Source: an uncultured Candidatus Saccharibacteria bacterium (GTDB lineage Bacteria; Patescibacteriota; Minisyncoccia; UBA6257; GWB1-50-10). From it: a stretch of DNA of 54,565 nucleotides. Position numbers and translations under genes: made by a program. The notes beneath the pieces were generated by a model. That model was not told the origin of the DNA and did no database searches. It saw only the letters and a list, made by a program, of their open reading frames with translations. The stretch spans positions 1,298 to 55,862 of the forward strand of contig CAYHLH010000003.1 in the NCBI GenBank assembly GCA_964357525.1, given 5' to 3'. Below are positions 46,005 to 54,565 of this stretch, piece by piece (position 1 is the stretch's first letter; every line of letters begins with the position of its first letter).

Positions 46005-47348
46005 ATGCCCGACCTCAAGATACCTCCGCAGAGCATCGAGGCGGAAATTTCCCTCCTCGGTTCGTGCATGCTCGACAACTACGCGATCGTGAAAATCCTC
46101 GACATCGTCTCGCCCGAGGATTTCTACCATCCCCAGCACCGCGCCATCTATGAGGCGTTCCTCTCGCTTTTCGAGAAGAGCGAACCCATAGACATCGTGA
46201 CGGTGTCAGCATTCCTCAAGAAGGAGAAGAAGCTGAAGCTCGCGGGCGGAACCGAATACCTCGCCGACCTCATCAACAAGGTGCCGACGGCGGCGCACGT
46301 GGAGCACTACGCGAACATCGTAAAGGAGAAAAGCATACGGCGTAACCTAATACAGGCGTCCGGGGAGATCAACGAGACCGCGTTCGAGGAAGCGGATTTC
46401 GAGGACCTCCTCGACTCCGTCGAAAGGCGCATCTTCAGCATCTCGGAAAGAAGCCGCCCCCAGCGCTTCGTGCACATCAAGACCGAACTCGCGAAGGCGC
46501 ACGAGCGCATCGAGCAGCTCCACCAGGGCGGCGTCCTGCGGGGCACGCCGACGCACTTCGAGGGGCTCGACAACCTGCTTTCGGGGTTCCAGCGCTCCGA
46601 CCTCATCCTCCTCGGCGCCAGGCCCTCGTACGGAAAGACGGCATTGGCCCTCGACATCGCGCGAAACGTCGCGACGCACGGCGGTTCCGTCGGCATATTC
46701 TCCCTGGAGATGAGCCGCGAACAGGTGGTGGACCGCTTCATCGCGAGCCAGGCGAAGATCCCGCTTTGGCGACTCAGGACCGGAAAGCTCTCCGAAAGCG
46801 AGCGGAGCCTCATCAGCGACGGGTACGACGAGCTTTCGGAAACGGACATCTTCATAGACGACAGCCCGAGCCCCACCATACTCCAGATGCGCTCGGCCGC
46901 GCGCCGGCTCCAACTCGAGCACGGCATAGACCTCCTCGTCGTCGACTACCTCCAGCTCGCCCAACCGCGGTCGGCGATGAACAGCATGGTGCACCAGATT
47001 ACCGAGATCTCGCGTGGACTGAAGGCCCTCGCAAGGGAGCTCAACATTCCCGTTTTGGCGCTCTCCCAGCTCTCCAGGGACGTAGACAAGCGCGACGTGA
47101 AGATCCCCCGCCTCTCCGACCTCAGGGAATCGGGGTCCTTGGAACAGGACGCGGACGTGGTGCTCTTCATCTACCGCAAGGACCGCGAGCGCATCGACCT
47201 CCCTCCCGAGGAATCGAACGTCGCGGAGATCATCATCGCGAAACACCGGAACGGTCCCCTGGGGAAGGTGCGTCTCAGATTCGACCCCGAACTCGTGAGC
47301 TTCCACAACATAGACAAGAAGCACGAATACGCGAGGGAGGAATTCTGA
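46005..47348 (+). CDS. dnaB: Replicative DNA helicase
   Basis: PPQSIEAE, ARPSYGKT, FSLEMS, VDYLQL, LSQLSR, DLRESGSLEQDAD, KHRNGP. Confidence 0.98.
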   Translation: MPDLKIPPQSIEAEISLLGSCMLDNYAIVKILDIVSPEDFYHPQHRAIYEAFLSLFEKSEPIDIVTVSAFLKKEKKLKLAGGTEYLADLINKVPTAAHVEHYANIVKEKSIRRNLIQASGEINETAFEEADFEDLLDSVERRIFSISERSRPQRFVHIKTELAKAHERIEQLHQGGVLRGTPTHFEGLDNLLSGFQRSDLILLGARPSYGKTALALDIARNVATHGGSVGIFSLEMSREQVVDRFIASQAKIPLWRLRTGKLSESERSLISDGYDELSETDIFIDDSPSPTILQMRSAARRLQLEHGIDLLVVDYLQLAQPRSAMNSMVHQITEISRGLKALARELNIPVLALSQLSRDVDKRDVKIPRLSDLRESGSLEQDADVVLFIYRKDRERIDLPPEESNVAEIIIAKHRNGPLGKVRLRFDPELVSFHNIDKKHEYAREEF

Positions 47349-47944
47349 TGTTTCCGGACGCCATACACAGCTTCATAGAGAAATTCTCACGCATCCCCTC
47401 CATAGGGCCGCGGCTCGCGACGCGGCTCGCGCTTCACCTCGCCTCACTCGACAAGAATTCGTTCGCGGAGATAAGTAAAGCACTTAATGGACTCGGCGAG
47501 CTGGATCAATGCCCCGATTGCTTTTCCTTGAAACCGCGCGAGCGCTCTCTTTGCGACATCTGCTCCTCGAAAGACCGCGACCGCACTCTTCTCGCGGTCG
47601 TAGAGAAAGAGACCGATATTGAGGCAATGGAGAGGTCGGGGGCCTATAAAGGGCTTTATCTCGCCATAGGAGAAGCTCCTCACAACGGAGTCCTCTCCGA
47701 TGTACAAAGGGAGCGTCTCCGGACCGTGAAGAACAAAATCACAAAAAAAGAGCGGAACATTATGGAAATCATCATAGCGCTTCCGCACAACTCGTTCGGA
47801 GATTCCCTCGCCGGAACCATAGAGCAGGGATTCAACGGTTCGGGCCCAAAGATTACACGTCTAGGCCGTGGAATACCGACGGGAGGAACGGTTGAATTCG
47901 CAGACGAAGATACTTTAAAAGAAGCCCTTAGAAAAAGAGGATAA
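47348..47944 (+). CDS. recR: Recombination mediator RecR
   Basis: PSIGPR.A.RLA, CPDC..CDIC zinc finger, VVE, ITRLGRGIPTGG.VEFAD..TL..AL..R. Confidence 0.93.
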   Translation: MFPDAIHSFIEKFSRIPSIGPRLATRLALHLASLDKNSFAEISKALNGLGELDQCPDCFSLKPRERSLCDICSSKDRDRTLLAVVEKETDIEAMERSGAYKGLYLAIGEAPHNGVLSDVQRERLRTVKNKITKKERNIMEIIIALPHNSFGDSLAGTIEQGFNGSGPKITRLGRGIPTGGTVEFADEDTLKEALRKRG

Positions 47945-48005
47945 GCCGATTTGATTCTCTGACATCCAGGGAACCTTATCAATAAATAAAAAAATCGCCA
48001 CATTT

Positions 48006-49439
48006 TCATGTAGCGATTTTGTTTTGACCCGACAGATAATTGATTGCTTGAGCTGTGGAGTAGGAACTATCGGAATCAGTCATCAAAAATGGAAGGAAGT
48101 GAACGTCATCACCCAAAGTGACAATTGGAGCTTCTTCCGTGTTACCGAAACCCGCCGTTGAAAGGAGTCCATTGCATATACAACCACGACCAATCGTATC
48201 CGCCGGATTACCGCCCTTGGCAACAAATTTATCCACTGGTTCACTGGCACACCTATACCCAATTTTGCCATCCGGTCTTTCATAAACAGAAACCAGTGCA
48301 CATTGGTCACAAATACGCTTACGAGCCAAATAAATTTCCTGCTCGGATATCGTTCCTTCAAAATTCACAACCTTGAACGGAAAACCCGTAGGAGAAATTC
48401 GCATATCGGTTTTAACGACAAGCTTCCCTTCAAAACCAAGTTTACGAATTTTTCTGCGAATAACGGGGTCCATACCCGATTCCTCGGAAAGCGCGAAAAT
48501 AGAACCGGCTTGGATGCCCGCCGCACCAACCGAGAGAGCCCATTTGAGCTTTTCCGGAGAGGCATAAGAACCGCCAATCCAAAAAGGCACACCAAGGGAT
48601 TTCATTGCCGAATAATCCACTTTGTCTTTTTCGCCATAAATCGGTTCGGCTGATCCATATTCATCCAGAATGAGCTTTCGCGGAGGCGCATTATGTCCAC
48701 CGGCACTTGGTTCTTCCACAACAAAGCCGTAAACGCTTTCTGCCGGCAATTTCTTCATAAAGATGTTTGCAAGTAAGTTTGAAGCAACGATGGGAATAAA
48801 ACCGGGTTTTTTCATTGGCGGCAAAACACCACCAAAAAATTTTCCTGGATTAAACAACATCGTGTGACTTGTAATGTTTTCACCAATGACGGGTACACGA
48901 TAGCTCGCTTCCCGATGTTCGATTATATCCTCAAGTACTTTCGGAATCTGAAGCGGAATGCCCGCACCCATAGTAATGAAATCTACGCCCGCAAACATTG
49001 CTCCCGTAATAGCGTAAACGTGTGGCATTGCTATCTTTTCCAAATAGTTAATGCTTATCGGATTTGGATTGTTTTCCTTCGCTAACCACACAAAAGCGAA
49101 GTTGGCACAGACAGTCAGTGAGATAAGTAGGCGAGAGGGATTAATAATGAAGACGGGTGTCGTTTTAAACTTAGCTCCTTTCGAAATTCCGTCTTTCATG
49201 TAAAACGTGTCCACAATTTTTTGAACCACGGACGGAAATGGGAAGTAAGAAAGTGCGCGCCGGATATGGCCACCCGGATCGCCAATTTGCAAAATCCGCG
49301 TGATAAGTCGTTCTAGAGCAACACCGGAAACGGTTCCTTGTTCACCAAGTAGCGAAACAGTACGTGCCAAGGGCCAGCTGGAGATACTAACTCCCATGCC
49401 ACCCTGAATAATTTTTGGTAGCACAGGAATATTTTTCAT
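48006..49439 (-). CDS. Nitronate monooxygenase / 2-nitropropane dioxygenase family flavoprotein
   Basis: IIQGGMGV, MGAGIP, VEEPSAGGHNA, GIQAGS.FA, SPTGFPFK; lower GC than flanks. Confidence 0.85.
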   Translation of the reverse strand: MKNIPVLPKIIQGGMGVSISSWPLARTVSLLGEQGTVSGVALERLITRILQIGDPGGHIRRALSYFPFPSVVQKIVDTFYMKDGISKGAKFKTTPVFIINPSRLLISLTVCANFAFVWLAKENNPNPISINYLEKIAMPHVYAITGAMFAGVDFITMGAGIPLQIPKVLEDIIEHREASYRVPVIGENITSHTMLFNPGKFFGGVLPPMKKPGFIPIVASNLLANIFMKKLPAESVYGFVVEEPSAGGHNAPPRKLILDEYGSAEPIYGEKDKVDYSAMKSLGVPFWIGGSYASPEKLKWALSVGAAGIQAGSIFALSEESGMDPVIRRKIRKLGFEGKLVVKTDMRISPTGFPFKVVNFEGTISEQEIYLARKRICDQCALVSVYERPDGKIGYRCASEPVDKFVAKGGNPADTIGRGCICNGLLSTAGFGNTEEAPIVTLGDDVHFLPFLMTDSDSSYSTAQAINYLSGQNKIAT

Positions 49440-49661
49440 GATTATTTTCCTTTCGGTTTATTTATTAAAATTATTTAACTTATTTAAACTTGTCAGAAAT
49501 TCATTGACCAGTCAACTAATGAAAACAAAAAACGGACGCCTCACACGTCCGTTCTCTGTTTTTTACAAGTTTTAGTATAGCATATTCGGCCTACCTGGCA
49601 ATCCCTAACGCGTTACCCGCGCACCAGAAAGCCCCGCGGAAATCGCAAAGCTTATGAGCGC

Positions 49662-50264
49662 TCACTTCACAATCATCTTCCCCTGGAATTCGGGAAGCCC
49701 AGATTGACTCGGCATATTCGAGTAAAAGGCATATTCCCCTTTCGTCATCGGCGCGTTGAAAGAGATAATTCGAGTCGGGTCGCCCGGACCGATGCCGACG
49801 GCGACTCCCTGAAGCGACGGATCGCGGAACGCGAACACATATGTTCGGTTGTCGCCTGACGTCACGGAAATCGAAACGGGCTCTCCCGCGCGAACGTCGA
49901 ACGTCTTCGGCGTGAATCCGCTCCCCGCTGAAGCGGTGATTTTTATGACAGTCGGAGGAAGTTCTTTTGGCGAGACCGGATTCGATTGCTGCGGTGCTGC
50001 GGGAGTTCCCGGCTCGGCCGAATTCTCCGCTTTCTTGCCGGTACTCAGCACTACGGCACCTTCTTCCGTAACCAAGCTTGTACCAGGAGCGACTTCAATC
50101 CCCTTCAGTTCGCCTTCCGGCGTCTGGATGATTTTCTCCGCGCCCTGCTGGCCCTTGTATTTCATGAACTGATTGAAGCCGCCACCCCAAATTCCATACC
50201 CTACGACTCCGAGCACGACAACAGCAACAACTACAGAAATGATTATTTTTTGTTTGGTGTCCAT
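49662..50264 (-). CDS. Membrane-anchored cupredoxin-like domain protein
   Basis: TM; GFTPKTFDVRAGEPV...GEYAFY; canonical Cu ligands absent. Confidence 0.7.
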   Translation of the reverse strand: MDTKQKIIISVVVAVVVLGVVGYGIWGGGFNQFMKYKGQQGAEKIIQTPEGELKGIEVAPGTSLVTEEGAVVLSTGKKAENSAEPGTPAAPQQSNPVSPKELPPTVIKITASAGSGFTPKTFDVRAGEPVSISVTSGDNRTYVFAFRDPSLQGVAVGIGPGDPTRIISFNAPMTKGEYAFYSNMPSQSGLPEFQGKMIVK

Positions 50265-50298
50265 TTTTTAGAATTATATCACACAAACGGGACTATTA

Positions 50299-50832
50299 TT
50301 ACGGCAACACAATTAGCGTTCCCTGAGTCTTTACTCCGGCGGGGCACTGTTTATCACACTCAAAGATGAAAGTTCCAGTGGTGTTCGTCTGAAATGAAAG
50401 GTTTTTCTTTTCCCCCTTTTTGATGTTCACCCACATTTCCATATACGGGATTCTGACGTCGTAATCGGCGTCAACCGCCGTAATGATGATTGTCGCAAGG
50501 TTTCCCTTCTTTACCGTAACCGAAGCTGGACTGAATCCGCTCCGAGACATATCTATGTTGTACGTCCCGAGTTTTGCAGTAACGTTCGGAGCCGCCGGAG
50601 CCTCCGTTGCCGGCTTAGTTTCCACGGCATTCTTCGGCACTTCCGCGGTGTACTTTTTCGCCGCTAGCTCCTTCGCGCTTTCCGAGGGCAGCGTCATCGC
50701 CTCTTCCGGGGGCGACGGGATGCGCCTTTCGCTCCACGAGCGGTAGTAGAGGCCTGTACCTATTAACGCAAGTAGAAGCCCTAGCGATACAGCAATAATG
50801 GTTATTTCCCTGCGCGTGATTCCTTCAAACAT
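50299..50832 (-). CDS. Membrane-anchored cupredoxin-like domain protein
   Basis: TM; GFSPASVTVKKG...GTFIFECDKQC....GTLIV. Confidence 0.75.
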   Translation of the reverse strand: MFEGITRREITIIAVSLGLLLALIGTGLYYRSWSERRIPSPPEEAMTLPSESAKELAAKKYTAEVPKNAVETKPATEAPAAPNVTAKLGTYNIDMSRSGFSPASVTVKKGNLATIIITAVDADYDVRIPYMEMWVNIKKGEKKNLSFQTNTTGTFIFECDKQCPAGVKTQGTLIVLP

Positions 50833-50839
50833 GGTGATA

Positions 50840-53800
50840 CTAATTGCCTACCAGTGACTTTACATCCACTTCTCCGTTGCTGAATATCAATTTGTCCAGG
50901 TTGAATCCTTCATGCGGAGCGTCCGACATATTCGTCCAGACCTGCCAATCGAAGCGCGGCGCGGTCAAGCGGTAGCTCACCTCGCCCGCGCTGCTCCCGC
51001 GTATAGTGAGGCGAAGATTCCTGGCATCCTTTTCATACCACACACGCCCGTCAAATGATGGTGTGAGGAGCACTATCATCGCGTCGAAGTTTTTCTTGAG
51101 ATTTGTGGTTTTCGCAAAAAGCCACAGGTCGGAACCTTCCTTGAGGTTTTTGAAATCGATGACATAATGTTTCTCCGTGTCGAGCACAACCTGCCCCGTG
51201 GTTTCTTCTTTCACGCCTATCATGCCTGCCATATATGTCGCATAACGCTTGCCGCCTATGGTATAGATCGGATCCACCGTACCAACATCCACTTTTCCGC
51301 TACCGCTTCCCACCACGACGTCGGTTGTTCCTCCTCCGTCGCCAACAAAGACATCTCCCTTCACATAGAGTTTGTAGGTAGAGGAGGAAAAAGTGCTTGT
51401 TCCAATTCCTACGCTCCAGCCGGCCGTGGACGGATATATAATGCCGTTAGATACTGTCCAGTTTCCGCCTCCTGATGCGTCAACATATGCCTTCGTCGCC
51501 GCGTGGCCGTCTGCGGTAGGCGTTCCAACGTACACCGGATTGTTGAAATATCCAGCACTTCCGCCGCTCGATAAAACGGTAAGGGCATACCCGGGACTCG
51601 ACGATGCGATGCCGATTTTCCCGTCATTTTGAATATAGAAAAGCGAAGCGTTTGAGGAGTCAAGCACGTGCATCGCGGAATCGGTGCTTAATGCATTGGG
51701 TGCCTGCACCACAAATTTGGAAACCGGCGTGGAAGTGCCTATACCTACCCTGCTCGATGTTGTCACAAAAAGTCCCGGAGGATTGTTTGCAAAATACTTC
51801 AACTGACCTATTCCCACATATGACGCGTGACCTTCATTTACCGTGATGTTGATGCGATAGTATCGGTACGCGGTGGTGTTTGTAAAAGAATATCTTCTTA
51901 TCTCATAGGTCGTCCACGTCGGGGCATTTGTCTGCGTATCAAGCGTCGTTTGTTCTCCAGCGAACGCCCCCGTATTTGAACCGAGTATTGTCCATGTCTT
52001 CGGGGCGGTCGTCACCGTCGTCCACGGGCGGAGCATATAGCCAATGATCGTCTGCGCGTTCCCCGAACCGAAATCAATCGTGAGATTTCCCGTCGTCCCT
52101 GAAGCAATCCACGCGTTGTCAGTGGTAAACGAGCCGTTAAATGCCTTCCACGCGGCATACGAGGCGGAGACTTCGGTTGACGCGGAAGCGACATACGGCG
52201 ACGGAGTGGAATTTGAGGTCATCGTCGGAGGATAGGTTGACGAGGCGTAAGAAATCACATCAAGCAACCCTCTCGGATTTTGCGTGCCAACTCCTACATT
52301 CCCATTGTTTTGAATGGAAAATAAATCCTCGTTCGCACTATTTACCATCATCGTATTAAGCGTGGTCGTCGTTCCCTCACCTACGGAATAAAACTTTGCA
52401 TACGGAAACACGCTCCCCAGAAGAAGTTTTCCATCATTCGCTACGCGAGCGAGCACCGTTGAACCGTTGTAGAAAGTGAATGCGGGTTTAGCGGTGGCGT
52501 GGGTAACAGTAAAATCTATGCCTCCCTGTGCGGATTCATACAGTGTGATTTTGGCGAAATTCCCCGTCGTCAAAGGAGCGGTAATCGTCGCTCCGCCGCC
52601 AGTCACGTCGGTAAGGTTGATTTTCCCCATATTGAGCGAACCGCCATCGAGCGCGGCAATCGAGCCATCGCCTTTGATAATCACTCCTTTTGTAATACCA
52701 GTACCGTACGCACCCGAAGTACCCAAGTAAATACGACCCCCGCCCGAATCTCCATACGCATAGATGGCTGCTTTCGGTTTCGTGGGATTGTTCGTGAGGT
52801 CGTACCATACAAGCCCAGGCCAGTATGTATCAGACCCGCCGCCTCCCGTGAATCCCGAAGAAATGAACGAAATGCCCGTGGTGCTTGAAACTGCCGTATT
52901 AAGACCCGTACTCGTGGCGCTTCCTACATTGTAAAAATTGAGATAAGAATTTGACGTAGTTGACGCAAACGTGAGCTTGTAGGTCGTCGAGGTCGGGTAG
53001 AGGGAGGTGCCTGAAAGCGTCCAATAGTTGGAGCTTGTTGAACCGATGGCTGTGTCGACATAGCTCTTCGTCGCCGCATGGTCGTTCTGCGTCGGCGTTC
53101 CGACAATTACGGGCTGGGAAAAATAGCCAGTGCCTACAACGGTAAGGTTATATGCGGGCGTCGTCGTGCCGATGCCCACCTCGTACGTCGTTGAGGTCGG
53201 GTAAAGATCCACGCCTGAAAGTGCCCAATAGCTTGCCCCGCCGCCGACGGAATCCGCATATGCCTTCGTTGCGGCGTCGGAATTTGCGGAAGGAGCGCCG
53301 AGATTCACAATTCTTCCCAATGTCGCATCAATGCTTACCCCGCTCGAGGACGCGACAGTCAATCTCTGCCCCGGATTCGTCGTCCCGATGCCAACGAGGC
53401 CGTCCTTCAGCGTCAAAGTGTCCGTGTTCGCGTTACTCACAATAAGAACTCCGTCCGTTCCCTGTTTAAAAATAGTCGGGTATGTCGCGCCCGTGCGGTG
53501 GAGGGAGAAAAGCGAATCGGTGGAAGTGGATACGAACAAAGGATATGTTCCCACTGTCGTCGTTCCGACAGAAGCGTTGCCGGTGTAGTAGATTCCCCCT
53601 GCGGCTGTCGTCCATTGACCCATGTCGCTCCACGACGTCTGGCAGGTGCTACCGAGGCAGAACGCGGATGCGGTCGAGGAACCCGTTGAATAGACCTGTC
53701 CGCTTACTGTCAGAGTGTAAGAAGGCGTCGTCGTTCCAACACCGACTTTCCAGCTCGTCGTGGAGGCATAAAGGTCCGAGCCATTCAAAACCCAATAATC

Positions 53801-54418
53801 AGCCCATGAAGTTTTACAATTGCCTGAGAGGCAGAATCCTGACGCGGAAGAGGTTCCCGTGAAAAGCCCGGTGCCGTACACAGAGAGCGTAGCAGGCAGA
53901 CCGGTCTGGCTCGTGGTCGCGACGCCCAAAGAGGCCGGAAAGGCGAACGCGCCGTTTCCCTGCAAAGAGCCGAACACACCTGAGGAAACGTTTGAGGCAT
54001 TCAATGCGCCTGAAAGCGCACCGACGAACGCGTTCGCATAGATGTTTCCTGTGGCATAGATGTCGCCGGACGTAGTGATGTAAAGGCGCGTGGCCGCTGG
54101 CGACGCGGCATCATCGTAGAAAGTAAGGTAGCCTGTTGTGCTCGAGACGAACACCACATAGCGCCACCCGTCGTTGTCGCGGAGGAAAAGCCCGGGATTC
54201 GAGGAAGTGCCTATGGCGAAGAACCGCCCCGTCGTCAGGTTCGTAGGCGTTGGGTTCGTGGTGCCTATCCCGAGGTTCGCGTTCGAGTCCAAATACAGCG
54301 AACCGCTCCCGCCCGAAGGATTCTGGGAGGGCCCTATCCATGCGAATGCAACCGCGCCGAAGAAAAGGACGGCGCCGAACGCAAGGGCGGAAACAAGGAG
54401 GAATTTGTGCCTCTCCAT
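50840..54418 (-). CDS. Large secreted fibre/adhesin-like protein (Thr/Ser/Gly-rich repeats, discoidin-like domain)
   Basis: Signal peptide; repeated VGIGTTTP, W.LSG..LYPTSTT, AATK.YVD; F5/8-like segment (AWKAFNG...APKTWTILGSN...YRYYRINIT). Confidence 0.8.
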   Translation of the reverse strand: MERHKFLLVSALAFGAVLFFGAVAFAWIGPSQNPSGGSGSLYLDSNANLGIGTTNPTPTNLTTGRFFAIGTSSNPGLFLRDNDGWRYVVFVSSTTGYLTFYDDAASPAATRLYITTSGDIYATGNIYANAFVGALSGALNASNVSSGVFGSLQGNGAFAFPASLGVATTSQTGLPATLSVYGTGLFTGTSSASGFCLSGNCKTSWADYWVLNGSDLYASTTSWKVGVGTTTPSYTLTVSGQVYSTGSSTASAFCLGSTCQTSWSDMGQWTTAAGGIYYTGNASVGTTTVGTYPLFVSTSTDSLFSLHRTGATYPTIFKQGTDGVLIVSNANTDTLTLKDGLVGIGTTNPGQRLTVASSSGVSIDATLGRIVNLGAPSANSDAATKAYADSVGGGASYWALSGVDLYPTSTTYEVGIGTTTPAYNLTVVGTGYFSQPVIVGTPTQNDHAATKSYVDTAIGSTSSNYWTLSGTSLYPTSTTYKLTFASTTSNSYLNFYNVGSATSTGLNTAVSSTTGISFISSGFTGGGGSDTYWPGLVWYDLTNNPTKPKAAIYAYGDSGGGRIYLGTSGAYGTGITKGVIIKGDGSIAALDGGSLNMGKINLTDVTGGGATITAPLTTGNFAKITLYESAQGGIDFTVTHATAKPAFTFYNGSTVLARVANDGKLLLGSVFPYAKFYSVGEGTTTTLNTMMVNSANEDLFSIQNNGNVGVGTQNPRGLLDVISYASSTYPPTMTSNSTPSPYVASASTEVSASYAAWKAFNGSFTTDNAWIASGTTGNLTIDFGSGNAQTIIGYMLRPWTTVTTAPKTWTILGSNTGAFAGEQTTLDTQTNAPTWTTYEIRRYSFTNTTAYRYYRINITVNEGHASYVGIGQLKYFANNPPGLFVTTSSRVGIGTSTPVSKFVVQAPNALSTDSAMHVLDSSNASLFYIQNDGKIGIASSSPGYALTVLSSGGSAGYFNNPVYVGTPTADGHAATKAYVDASGGGNWTVSNGIIYPSTAGWSVGIGTSTFSSSTYKLYVKGDVFVGDGGGTTDVVVGSGSGKVDVGTVDPIYTIGGKRYATYMAGMIGVKEETTGQVVLDTEKHYVIDFKNLKEGSDLWLFAKTTNLKKNFDAMIVLLTPSFDGRVWYEKDARNLRLTIRGSSAGEVSYRLTAPRFDWQVWTNMSDAPHEGFNLDKLIFSNGEVDVKSLVGN

Positions 54419-54565
54419 TGCGTTAATTATAACACAAAAGAACACCGCCATGGCGGGGTTTTTGCGGAAAAACGCAAGGAAGTGGGCGGGCCCCTACGGA
54501 GTGTGGCGTGCAAAAAATATAATTAATTGGTAACACACAATGATGTTAAAAAAACACGGAACCCC

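Noticed and set aside
46766-47347. 392-aa extended RecR or DnaB-RecR fusion
   Set aside because: The extension is an alternative frame of dnaB. RecR similarity starts at the ATG at 47348 (TGATG overlap).
50840-54418. Prophage tail gene or DGR target
   Set aside because: Has a signal peptide. No phage structural genes, reverse transcriptase or adenine-variant template repeat were seen in the window.

Overview
This window looks like chromosomal DNA from a Patescibacteria/CPR (probably Parcubacteria) genome. That assignment is inferred from compact core genes, DUF4012, GerMN and GWISF-type surface proteins, a fermentative gene set, pervasive leaderless promoters, and TGA used as stop (code 11). 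Core genes: the start of the S10 ribosomal cluster (rplB partial, rplW, rplD, rplC, rpsJ, tuf), lepA, a glycosyltransferase cluster, split transketolase, pyrG, rpe, rpiB, eno, D-LDH, def, fmt, ppsA, cysS, dnaB and recR. Accessory content: a cassette-like run of genes separated by strictly alternating palindromes (9.9-14.6 kb) and a low-GC defence island (Type IIG-like R-M, Fic toxin plus antitoxin, PD-(D/E)XK protein). The top finding is at 41302-42302. A 262-aa nuclease-free Nop/IS110-RNA-binding-domain protein is followed directly by five 36-nt units of AGCCA-N9-AGAAAACCA-N9-AGCG and a terminator. This is a TIGR-Tas (TasA-type) RNA-guided locus. In one pairing geometry, 4 of its 5 spacer pairs rebuild into sequences that look like translation starts. 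A second theme is several families of short palindromic elements that flank small HTH genes and also sit in-frame inside housekeeping proteins (L23, RluA, ThpR, GT4, DUF559). No tRNA, rRNA or CRISPR array was seen. All calls come from reading the sequence by eye; no database search was run.
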